Below are positions 13,419 to 25,462 of a DNA stretch of 64,000 nt, one piece after another. The stretch is taken from assembly GCA_964016885.1 (NCBI GenBank), contig OZ024744.1, positions 59,830,001 to 59,894,000 of the forward strand. Reading direction: 5' to 3'. The notes under the pieces were generated by a model. It did not search any database and had not been told where the DNA came from. It was given only the letters and a program-made list of their open reading frames with translations. Numbering within the stretch: the stretch's first letter is position 1; the number at the start of each line of letters is the position of its first letter. The position numbers were made by a program, and so were the translations under genes. This stretch comes from Eledone cirrhosa (taxonomy: Eukaryota).

Positions 13419-13927
13419 GCCTGTCATTCCCTGTCTTCTATTGAGGACACAAAGTTCTCGAATTACTAGTATTACCTCACATATGGCAGAGAGCCCATCT
13501 TCCCTCAACCACAACATATAGCGTGACCCATCTGGCAATTTTGGTTTGATGTGGAGAAACACTTCCTAATTAATACCAGATTAGTTCCCCGCTGCGGATT
13601 CTCTCTCCAAGAGTGTCGTTTCCCTCCAGCACAACGCTGGCCGGGATTCACCAGATATCCAACGCTAGTGGGATTCCGGAAATCCTGACTTTTGCTGTTT
13701 TGCCTAAATACGAAGAAAAAAGAATGTATTCATGGCTTCGACATGAGACAATAAAATGACGACGCGAGGGCTTGGTTTTTAAAAAGCACTGATATGCCTC
13801 AAACTGCCTTGTTAAGGCGACATGTTGGTGGTGATGATGACAGTGTTAGATTTTTGAAATGCTGGGAAATCACATTTGTATTCATTTTTTGCTCCGCGTG
13901 TTTAGTAGTAGTAGTAGTAGTAGTAGC

Positions 13928-13985
<58 letters not shown>

Positions 13986-14129
13986 TAGATGTTATTGTTG
14001 TTGATGATGATGTCTTCTGAACTGCTTGGACTTTGGGCGGAACTTTGGCTGCTTCATTTCGTAGATATTTATTTACACATCAGGTCTTTTGAAAATAAGA
14101 TTTGGCGGGAGAGTGTTTACAACTTAATC

Positions 14130-16454
14130 GCAGACTTACCCCTTAAGGGCTAAATTAGAGCAAACCGGAGGGCTCACTAAGATCGTGATTGGTTTAGTCA
14201 ATTCCCAACCACCCGGCGCTTTGAGGGCACCCGCGAAGGACACCCTTCTCCTCTCAAATCAAACAGCCTACAGACGCATGCTCAGAGTAGGCCTATTCGT
14301 TCGAGCCATTCTCGCCACATTCACCTTCCTTTTAGCAAATGTACTGGAGGCACCACTTCTCTCTCCACCCTCACCTTCCTTTCTAAGGGAAACTTGAAAA
14401 GGATGAGGGATTGGCCAAAGAGAAAAGTGTCTGTCTTCAGTCCTTTCAACCTGGTCTACCATACAACCTCTTTCGTTACGGCCACCAGACAGAGGAAAAC
14501 TGCTTGCTCTTCCCGGCCAAAAGAAGGCAGCAGGACGATCTTCACTAAGGACTCGGTCGGCAGCCGAGTCCATCCTGCACGTGACCACACATGTTTGATA
14601 TAACTTCATAAGTCAGTAATGCACTGACACTGGATGAGTGCGTGCAGAACGGTTTCGTCGTTCTGTGCGCATCTCCGGCAGTTCCGTGTGACAGCCCTTT
14701 CGTACCTGTAGAGTTTATCTCGAACCGGCAATGCCCCCTCCCCATCAATAGCACTGCCAAACGAGGGGTTTCTGGAAGTTATCCATCGCCCCGGCTAAAA
14801 AGTCCTCCAGAACAGATTGGTCAGTTCGACTTCGTCGACGCCCAGAGCCTCTCCGAGTGTGTTGTCGCACTTGCCTACTACTAACCCTCTATAGAACTCG
14901 AGAGTGGAAGTTCCACTGACCCCATTGCCCGCATGGTCACCCAGATGCCAGTCACCCAGTCTCGGTCTCTTCTTGACCCAGGACTGAAGCTCTGTCACAG
15001 AGACGAGTTGCAGAAAAGCCTGTATCACAATCGGCAACCACACCTGTTCACCGCAGCATCAGCGTATGTTTGCGATCCCAAATGTACTGGGAGTCGCACT
15101 TCCCTCTCCACACTCAACTTCCTTAGTTGATAAGGACTTGGCCGAAGAGGAAAGTCTCTGTCTTCAACTCTTCCAGTCACATTCACCATACAACCTCTTT
15201 CATTACAACCACCAGACTAGAAAACCGCCTATACTTCTAGACCAAAAGAAGGTGGCCGGACATTTGGTCGATATCCGTATCTGACCTATACGGAATAATA
15301 GCTAACCTAATGATAAGCCTAACTACAACCTAGATTACCCTAGGTATTCCATCTCCACATAGGTGCATACGGGAAATCTAGTCGGTACCTCTCAGACAGT
15401 TGGAATCGTCTAATCAGGTTCTTGAAGCTTTTACACGCCCCTCTTTTTCTCAGCTACTATCACACGATCCCAACGTGCATCAAGGATGTAGTTTCAGTCA
15501 CACGCTAACAATAAACGGCGAGACGTTCCTAAAACGATTTCCAGACACCTGAAGAAATCCGACCGTCTTGTCGAAGTCGGGATATAGATGGCAAACCATT
15601 ACGTTCGCTATTGTTTACATCCCGTCCTAGTCCAGGAATATCTCCGTAGCTTGAGATCTAGGCCTTTCCTAAACAGCACTGTCATCCCGCTTCCCATTCT
15701 AGGCCGACTAAGAAATGTGTAGATCACAAAGCCGTAAAAGATGGGGGCTAGTGCATGCTTGTTGGAAATCCTAATTCCGCTGATGGCTGTCACATCTATA
15801 GCTAGTGACCTCAGGTCATTGAGCAAGTCATCTTGCTTTCAGGACGCCACCAGGTCACGTGCATTTATGCAACCTACTCTTAAAATTGCCATGTTGGTTG
15901 GAAAGACTTAATAGAAAACCCCCAGATGCTGATGGAGATTGGGTAATTCGACTTAAAAACCTACTTTTACATTGGGTGTTAACACGCCGTATGGGCAGCT
16001 CTCCTTAATGTTTTTGTATGTCTCAAGGACATACGCCCTAACACTAATATGTGTGGCACTTTGAACGTTATGGTTCCAAAAATGTCCCCTTCTTTCTCAA
16101 TTTCCTCGCTTTGTGCGAGGGCCATCAATTATCCATTGGCTCTCCTCACTAACACGGAGTTTGGTGTCAGTGTTGTCGATGGTTGATGTGTGTTTTCTTT
16201 CTGTGGTTGTGGTAGTATTGTTGGTTGTGTTAGTGGTAGAGGTGGATGTTGTATTGGTGGGAGTGGGGCCGTTGTAGATGTGTTTGTATTTACTGTGGGT
16301 GTGTTCTAGTAGGTTTCTAGCGTGTGTGCTGGTATGAGGCAAGATTACTTTTTGTGTTTTCTTTTTTGTTTCTTTGTTCGGTGGGGTTTCTCTTTTCTTC
16401 ACTTCGAGATGAGAAGTTACCGGTGTCTGCGTGATCTGTCTTAGATATGTCTGG

Positions 16455-16501
<47 letters not shown>

Positions 16502-16981
16502 GGTCTGAGTCGCTAGCTTAAGCCGTCTCATGTTTGTCAACACGAATTTATATATTTTTTTCCGCGTTTCTTCCAACACCTCGTGGTGGATGGCTACGCC
16601 AGCCCTTGTTTTTTTTATAGTTTGATCAGCTTAGCCACTTGGGCCAAACATGTGTCCTTTTTCGAAATGTTCATGTTAAAGAATTCTGTTTCTTTGGCAG
16701 CAGTTGCTGAAATAAATTGTTTTTGTTGTTGTTGTTATTGTTGCTGTTTGTGTTATTGTTTGCAATACTGTAATTTTTTATTTTTGCCTGTTCTATTTTT
16801 GTTGTTGCAGTGGTGGTGGTGGTGGTGGTGGTGGTGGCAGTGTGGGTGGTAGTTTCTTTTTTTTTTTTGTTGTATTCATTTTATTTTGTAGTTCTTTGGT
16901 GACTGTGGTACTGAATTTTTTAATTTCATAATTTTCCCGTATAGAATGCTGTTGTTGTTGTCGTTGTCGTCGTCGTCGTTG

Positions 16982-17013
<32 letters not shown>

Positions 17014-17200
17014 GGTGCTGCTGCTGCTGTTGTCGTTGTCGTTGTTGTTGTTGTTGTTACTGTTGCTGCTGCTGTTGTTGTTGTTGCTGTTGCTTCTTCT
17101 GTCATTGTTTTGTGAACTTTATTATTCCATCCTGTGGACAGGCTTATTCTGTCTTGCGTAATAAATTCATTGTCCGCCATCTTTTTTTACAAAACAATTA
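14130..17200 (-). mobile_element. Degraded Tx1-clade LINE with the RT region deleted
   Basis: ORF2 C-terminus 14268-15060 (TELQSWVKKRPRLGDWHL); APE start MAILRVGCINA at 15892; ORF1-like low-complexity region from the ATG at 17180; homologous to 19759-25462. Confidence 0.8.
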
Positions 17201-17482
17201 ATGGGCATGTTTGGAAAACAACAACAGATTTAACCCTTAAGAGGTACGGGTAGAAAAAAGCTAATCAGCTCGCGAAGGTACTGATTAGTTTAATTCTAAA
17301 CCAATAACAAATGTCCAATAGAAATCGATGTATAAAAATTGGATTAACAAAAGAATCACGGGAGTGATTTGTAACGTGTCGATAGACGAACAAACAAAAT
17401 ACTGCTACTAGTACTACACTTACTAATGCTACTACTACCACCACCACCACCACCACAACTACTACTACAACTACTAATGCTA

Positions 17483-17549
<67 letters not shown>

Positions 17550-17598
17550 CAGTAATGTTACCACCACCTACACCACCACCACCACTACTACTACTACC

Positions 17599-17647
<49 letters not shown>

Positions 17648-17780
17648 ACGACAACAACAACAACAACAATATATCCTCCGTGAAGCATGATAGTGATTAC
17701 GTTACTAAACTAAATGCAATTCATTTGCATGATAAGGAGAACCAGCTGCCGTCTGCCAGTAAAGAATTGAAACATGGCAA

Positions 17781-17841
<61 letters not shown>

Positions 17842-18639
17842 TATAACAAAAGACAACTATCTATTATAATATAATGTTGTAACAATCAGAGATGAAAGAA
17901 GTAGTAGCAAAACTTTGGGGAAGAAACATGAAATAGTGATTAAATAGAGAAACTCTTTGAGGTTAGTATCCCCCAGAGACAAGATAAAGACAACTGGGAT
18001 GCAAATAACACATAATTTGCAGCTAACAAGAGAAAATCTTGCAATGAAAATAAAATAAAAATTAAAATAAATAAAACAAGAACGGATTACGACTGGAGAT
18101 TTTTCTGTGCCGCAACAGAAAATAATTCTACAAGTGGCAGCAGACATTAAAATGCTAAATACGAAAGGTGATGAAGACTAGACAGTTCTGAACACGGAGT
18201 ATATATTACAACGCTACTGATACCAGAACCTTCTCCTCACAGCCACCACTACTGCAGCAAATAAATAGTATAAACATACACTAGAGAGAATATATAAAAA
18301 TAATAAGAATGTAAAAATGATTTTCGTATATATGTAAACATATATAGCAATAAGATGAAACTGGAAAACAGCATGATATAATTATCTCAGAGCACAAGAA
18401 TATCACTGATTGATATTTCATACCCAATAAGGGACAAGAAAACATTGCTTGATATCGTGTAGGCGTAGAAGATATCCAACCACAAAAGATCTGGAAGTAA
18501 TAATACTAAGGGAAAATACGAGATTGACAATTTTTGGCATAGTAATTTTTGCATTTTGGTGTAGTGCGAATAGTAAGCAGAATATATTTAAAATTAAACC
18601 CGTATTCTTTTATTATTCTACTGGTATCAGTCATTAAAC

Positions 18640-19000
<361 letters not shown>

Positions 19001-19561
19001 CAAGAAAAAGTTAAGCAACAGATTGCTAGCGTCCTCTCCTGGTTACTGACTCTCTAAATTAGTTGGTTGTAGCTGTCGTCAGTTGAAATGCGACGTAAAC
19101 CGGAAGGAAATATCGGACATCTAATTGGCGTCTGGGGTGGTGAAGATTTGTGTCTTCCCACCCCACTTCCACCTCATTCCTATCCAATAGCAATTGACTG
19201 ACTTTATTTGTTTAAGTGACGTTTCAAGGAAAAACCGGAGCTATTTTCGTTACACATCCCCTCTCCCCGTCCCACAAAGTTTTCTTCTGTCTATTTCTTC
19301 TCGTTTTTTAAGCCCTCTTTTATTCATCTTTTACCCTCATTATCTCCCCCATATCTCCTCTCCCTCCTCTCTCTGTTCTCCTTTCTACTCTCTCGCTCCC
19401 CCATCTTTCTTCCATCAATCCCCCCTCTCTCTCTCTTTCCACATTTTCTCTCTCCCTTCCCCCTCTCTTCTCGCCTCCCGCATCTCATCTCTCTCTGTAA
19501 CTTCTCCAACTTTTTTCGTTCCCTTTTTCATTTATCCATTCACATTATTGTTATTATTATT

Positions 19562-19758
19562 GGTGATTGGCAGTATCGGTAGAGGGTCGGACGCCATGCT
19601 TTCTAGCATAGAGTTACGGCTCTTGCCATTCTGAGTTCAAATCCCGCCGAGGTTAACTTTACCTTTCATCCTTACGGGGTCGATAAAATAAAGTACCAGT
19701 AATGCACTGGGTAATTGCTGGCCTTGTGCCAAAAGTAGAAACAATTATTATTATTATT
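19562..19758 (+). mobile_element. Full-length tRNA-derived SINE (octopus OR-like) with (TTA)n tail
   Basis: tggcagtatcgg A box, gagttcaaatcc B box, cctttcatccttacggggtcgataaa core; other copies at 3335, 53470 and 63410. Confidence 0.85.
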
Positions 19759-19958
19759 GAGTCTGAACGGACGTCTTTTTGTTCGCTCTCGTAAGTTTAT
19801 TTACCTGTCAAAACTTATTTATTGAATTTTTTGTTGTTGTGTAAGGCATACAAGCCCTTGGACTTTGCCCTGTGAAGGGGAAAGATTAATATTTGGGCCT
19901 TTTGGCCCAAATATTTGAACTCTTTTGCATTTTAACAAAATTATCGGAAAAAAAAACC

Positions 19959-21796
19959 ATGGCTGACTCCCCTGAGAGGAGCGCTACGGCGAAATTAACA
20001 GAAATTGATACAACAAACACCACCACAAACAATGTCAATAAAGACAGCAATGATAACAACACTGAGAACTCTAATTTTGAAAAGAATGACAGTAACAGCG
20101 ACAACGAAAATACAGATAACAAAACAATGACAAATGCAACAACAATAACAGCGACAGTGATAACAACAACACCAACAAGAACAACGACAACGACAACGAC
20201 AACAACACCCCCAACAAAAACAAGAAGAACACTTTCGCTGCGGCAGCAGCAAAAAAGAGGCCATGCTTCAACATGTACCTCTCAAACAAAGATGAAAAGT
20301 TGGCCCAGGCCTGGAAGCTCATCAAGCAAGAGCAAACCTGGGCCAACTTAACTGTCCCGGTAGAAGCTATTGAGGCAGTGGAGCGCAGAACGGTGCATTA
20401 TAGATGCATCTCAGCACAAACCAAAAGAGCAGCTTTAATCCCACAAGCAGATGTTGAAGTCGCGCTGAGGTGCATCAGAGAGGACACCGAATACATAGCG
20501 AGGGACAGACAGTACGGCACCATTTCGGTGTTGTTCGAGTCAGAAGCCCTCGCTATGACTCCTTGCAAAACCAGCAAGGTCATAATGTACCCCTCCCACA
20601 TGGGAAAAAGAACGGCCCGTCTCCGCATTCCCAGAATCCAACCAAGACTTGACATGTGGTGGCTTCTGGGATGTGTAATTGTGGAAGGGACGGATACCGT
20701 CCCGATAGAAGTGACAAGAATGGCCAGAGAGGACTAGTCCGGGGTTGACCTGGAAATACTTCTCCAGATCAGGCCCGAGAATGTGAAGACAATCCCGGAC
20801 CACACCCGCCTTCAGAATGGGACGGTCATTCATATTATGACCGAGGGCAAAAGGCCGCATTGTTTTGTTTGTGGGGAAAAAACCCCATTTGCGAGCCTTC
20901 TGCCCTCAACTGCTGAAAGATGCAAGGAGTCGAAGGGCTCCACTGATGCCGACGCCGGGGCGAGGACCACAGCCAACACCAGCACCGGCAAAACCACCAA
21001 CAACAACACCAATAGAAAGACCACCACCAACATTGACCACCCAGAGAGGAAACGAGGAAAGTTGTCAAATCCCCCCTACCCCCAAAAGACACACATCAAT
21101 AAAAACATAAACACACACTCAGACACACTTACAGACACAGACCCCTCATCTACCAGTAGTGAAGATGAGGGAAAACCAAAATCCCCAAAATACAAAAAAG
21201 GAAACACAAAAAGGAAAAAAAAACTCAACAAAGCACAAAATCACCCACAATAAAAAATGCAGACACCACCCACGCAAACATCTCTCCAATAACACCAAAA
21301 TCAACACCACCATCACCATCACCTGAATCCCCCAAACGCAAACAACCTAAACAGACGCAAGATCAAATACACACAAACATCTGAAACCACAGACACCGCA
21401 CTCACAACAAACACAGACACAACCGAAACAATACCACCAAAACCAGCACCACCACATCCACACAAACAAATAAAATCACACCAAGAAAACATACAAAACT
21501 TCGTGCTCGTCAGGAGGGCCAACAAGGAACTGATGGTCTTCGTAGCACGAAGTGAAAATATACAAAAAAGAGGGGGAAATTTTTAATCGAGCACATTTCG
21601 CGTGCCGGAAGATTTGTTTCTGGTGCGAATGTCGCTCGATTTATACAAAGAGATACGAGACAGCTTTCCTCGTGACGTGGGGACCCCGAACGTAAAACCC
21701 ACTTCAAGACTTTTAAAGGGGTTCCCAAAAGAAACCACCCCACCAACTATGGAGGTCAAACCACCCGTCCTTCACAAGAGCCCGGAAGGTAAGTAA
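19959..21796 (+). pseudogene. Tx1 ORF1 (gag-like zinc knuckle), frameshifted
   Basis: CFVCGEK/HLRAFCP knuckle near 20860-20905; ends ...PEGK*. Confidence 0.75.
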
Positions 21797-21827
21797 ACCT
21801 TTCCTCTCTCTCTTTTAATCTGCCAAC

Positions 21828-24800
21828 ATGGCCCTATTAAGAGTAGGAAGTTTAAATGTTCGAAGCCTGGGATCGTCCTGGAAGCAGGGTCACCTGCTCA
21901 ACGACCTCAGGTCTCTGGAAATGGATGTAATTGCCGTCAGCGAGACCAGGATTTCCGACACGCGCGCACTAGCCCCCATTTTCGACGACTATCAAATCTT
22001 TGCATCTGTTAGTCGGCCGGGAATGGGAGGTGGGGGGCAGTGTTGTTTAGGAAAGGCCTGGATCTCGAGGTAAGGTCGATCTTCCGGGACCCGGACGAGA
22101 AGTTGGTGGTCCTGGACGTGAACAATAACGAAGGTGGTGCCTTTAGACTGCTGGCCGTCTACGCCCCTACCGGGACAGGACGTCCGGACTTCTTTAGACG
22201 CCTGGAAGCCTTTCTGGGTACGTCTCGCCCTTTACTGTTAGCAGGGGACTGGAACGGCATCTTAGACGCACGCTGGGACTGTGTGGGAGTATCCGATAGG
22301 AGTGGGGGTGCAAAAGCCTCAAGAACCTGATCAGTCAGTTCCAACTGTCTGACAGGTAACGACTAGATTTCCCTAATGCGCCAGTGTGGACCTGGACTAA
22401 ACGCATAGGGTCATCTAGATCCTATATAGACAGGATATTCATTAGGAAAATAGACAGAAATAGTGTAAGCTGTCCACGTTTTAAAATGGTCGCCTATTCA
22501 GATCACAAGTTTGTGATCTGTATGGTCGACGTAGATAAGACACGTAGGTTAGGACCTGGTTACTGGAAGCTAAACATGTCATTTCCGACACGTAAGGCTT
22601 ACAGAGACCAGGTCAACCATTTAGTTAAGAAAAAGTTGACAGGGGTAGTCGTCAAGAATAGATGGTGGGGTCTCTCAAAAGAGAGATTAGAGTAATGTCG
22701 ATAGAGTTTAGCAAAGAAGTAGCGTTAGAGAAAAATAGAAAGGAGGGGGAGTTGGTAGATAAGTTAGACGAGGCTATTGGTAGTGGCATTGCAACTAACG
22801 TGCTAGCGGCGAGAATGACATTAGACCATTTCTTCAATGCGAAACACAAAGGTTGCATTGTCAGAGCTAAGGCGCGTGCTCTAAGAAACGAGGGAACCAA
22901 AGCTGTTCGGTGGGCCCGCGTGGCAGAGGCGCAGCGTGGTAATAAAACCACGATTCGGTCTTTGACGGACCGAGACGGACACGAGCTAAGCGATTCCAAG
23001 CGGATGTGTGAGGCCTTTCGCCAACATTTTGCTCGGTTGTTCGGGGGAAGTGGCGAATCAGAGACTTGATGGCTTGCCGCAACTCTCGTCGGCCGACGCT
23101 GGGCGCTGCGAAAGGCCGATTACTTCAGCCGAGATTCAGGATGCCCTTGACGGCTGCATGAGGCGCAAGTCACCCGGTTTGGATGGTCTGCCCTACGAGC
23201 TTTACGTAAATATGCCAGACTTGTTCTCCAATCTCCTCGAAGCGGTCTACTGCAACTGGCATCAGAACGGGAGTCTTCCCAGTTCTGTGAACCGGGGCGT
23301 AGTGGCTCTGATAAGGAAAGACGAGAAGAAGAGGGACACATTAAACAATTTCAGGCCCATAACTCTGCTCAACACATAGTTTAAGATTTTGGGTGTTAGG
23401 GTTGGCCCCTAACCCATAGTTAGAGATTTTGGCTAGATTTGGGTTGGGGAAGCGCAAACTTGCGCATTCCCAACAAGGTCCATACACGACAACCTCCACC
23501 TAATACGATACATCATAGAGAGGGTAGGTTGTAAACCTGGCATTGGTGGGGCACTGATCAAGCATTCGATACGGTCGACCATCGGTACCTGGAGGCTGTC
23601 CTCAAGGCGGCTGGTTTCGGCCCCGTCTTCAGAAGCTGGATCACTGCAATGCACAGCGGCACCTGCTCGATGGTCAAAATTAATGGCCACCTCTCGGAAC
23701 CGTTTCAGGTCTCCCGATCGGTCCGTTAAGGGTGCCCTCTCTCCTCCCTTCTGTACTCTCGAGTCTTTACTGCGGAAGATGGAGCTGTTGCAGGGCATCC
23801 CGCTCGAACCGGGACGCGGAAAGGCTGTGTCGGCTTATGCGGACGACATCAATCACTGTGATGGTGTCGGGCACCTCAGAAATCGAGGTGGTCGGCAACT
23901 TATTGGAGGAATATGAAAGGTTGACGGGAGCAAAACTTGACCGGGAAAAGTCGGTGGGCTTGCAACTCGGCACCTGGAGAGGAAAGTCCATTCCGTCCAA
24001 CAGCGTCGTTAGGCGCTGGACGGACGGACCGGTAAAGTTGCTCAGGGTTTGGTTCGGGCCAGACCTCCAGGTGGATAAGAATTGGGACGAGGTGACGGGC
24101 AGGGTAGCCAGTCTCACCCAGAAATGGGCTGCGAGGAAGCTATCACTGAAAGGTCGGGCGGAGATGGCGAACGCGTACATCGCGTCCGTCATCTACTACC
24201 GTCTGACTGTCGTCCCTTTCCCCCGTTCGCGCCTCCCCATCTTGGAGCGGCTCCTCTTCTAATTCTTGTGAGGGGTCAGGTTCCGCTGGTGAGGCGGTCC
24301 ATCTTCTGCCAGCACCCTGTACGTGGAGGGCTGGGCATGCCGTGGCTAATGATGCGCAGACACGCGCTGAGGCTGCGGCATTCCCCAGATATTCTGCCTA
24401 AACGGTGAACAGGTGTGCTCGCCGTTTGTCAGACGGGCCTTTCCGCAACTCGTTTCTTTGACTGAGCTGCAGTCCTGGGTGAAGAAGAGACCGAGACTGG
24501 GTGACTGGCATCTGGAATGTTGCCAGACACTCACTGCCCTCTACCAGGCGGGCAATGTGGTCAGTGGAACTTCCACTCTCGAGTTCTATAGAGGATTAGT
24601 GGTGAGCAAGCGCAACGACGCACTCGGAGAGGCTCTGGGAGTCGACGAAGTTGAACTAACCAGTCTGTTCCGGAGGACTTTCGAGCCGGGGACGTTGTAT
24701 AATTTCCAAAAATCCCTCGCTGCCGGTTCGAGACAAACTCTAACGGCACGGTAGTGCTGTCAGACGGACCTTCCCGAGATGCGCGCAGAGCGACGAAACC

Positions 24801-25186
24801 GTTCTGCATGCATTGGTCCAGTGTCCGTGAATTACTGACTTGTGGAGTTATGTCGAACAGCTGTTGTCGCGTGTAGAACGGATACCGGCTATCGGCCGAG
24901 GCCATAGTGAAGAATGACCCGCCGTCTTCTTTTGGCCAGGAAGGGCAGGCAATTTTCTTGTCTGGTGGCAGTAGCGAAAGAGGTTGTATGGTGGACGAGG
25001 TTGAAAGGACTGAAGACACACACTTTTATCTTCGGCCAATTCCTCATCAACTTTTTCAAGTTTCACTTGGTAAGGAAGGTGAGGGTTGAGAGAGAAGTGC
25101 TACTCCTCAGTACATTTGCTGAAAGGTGGATGAATGTGGTGAGAATGGCCCGTGTAAGTGGGCCTACTCTGGTCATGCGGCTGTAG
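21828..25186 (+). pseudogene. Tx1 ORF2, APE endonuclease plus reverse transcriptase, disrupted
   Basis: SLNVR, SETR, VYAP, GDWN, SDH, GYWKLN, KSPGLDGLPYE, FRPITLLN, YADDI. Confidence 0.92.
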
Positions 25187-25462
25187 GTGGGTAAATTTGA
25201 GGAGGGGAGGGGGTGCCCTTCCAGGGTGCTCTCGAAGCGTCGGGTCGTTCAGGACTGGTGGGGTACCTGAGCGAACCCTGGGTGGTCATCCCCCCTATTT
25301 GGGAATTTTTCTTGTATTTTTCTTGTTACTTTGTTATTGTTATTCATATTGTTTACTCTATTTTTCTGTAAAACCCTACTGTCCCAGTCTTTTGTATTGT
25401 CCCCTATATGTCGGCCCTTGTGGCCAATAAATGAAATCATTATTATTATTATTATTATTATT

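Larger units (their letters stand above)
19759..25462 (+). mobile_element. Full-length Tx1 (L1 group) LINE, copy 1, inactivated
   Basis: 5' UTR, ORF1 with CX2CX4HX4C, ORF2 APE+RT, AATAAA and (ATT)n tail; several frameshifts and stops. Confidence 0.93.

Noticed and set aside
19085-19250. Promoter-like CCGGAAG and CCAAT motifs
   Set aside because: Too short to be significant and no associated gene
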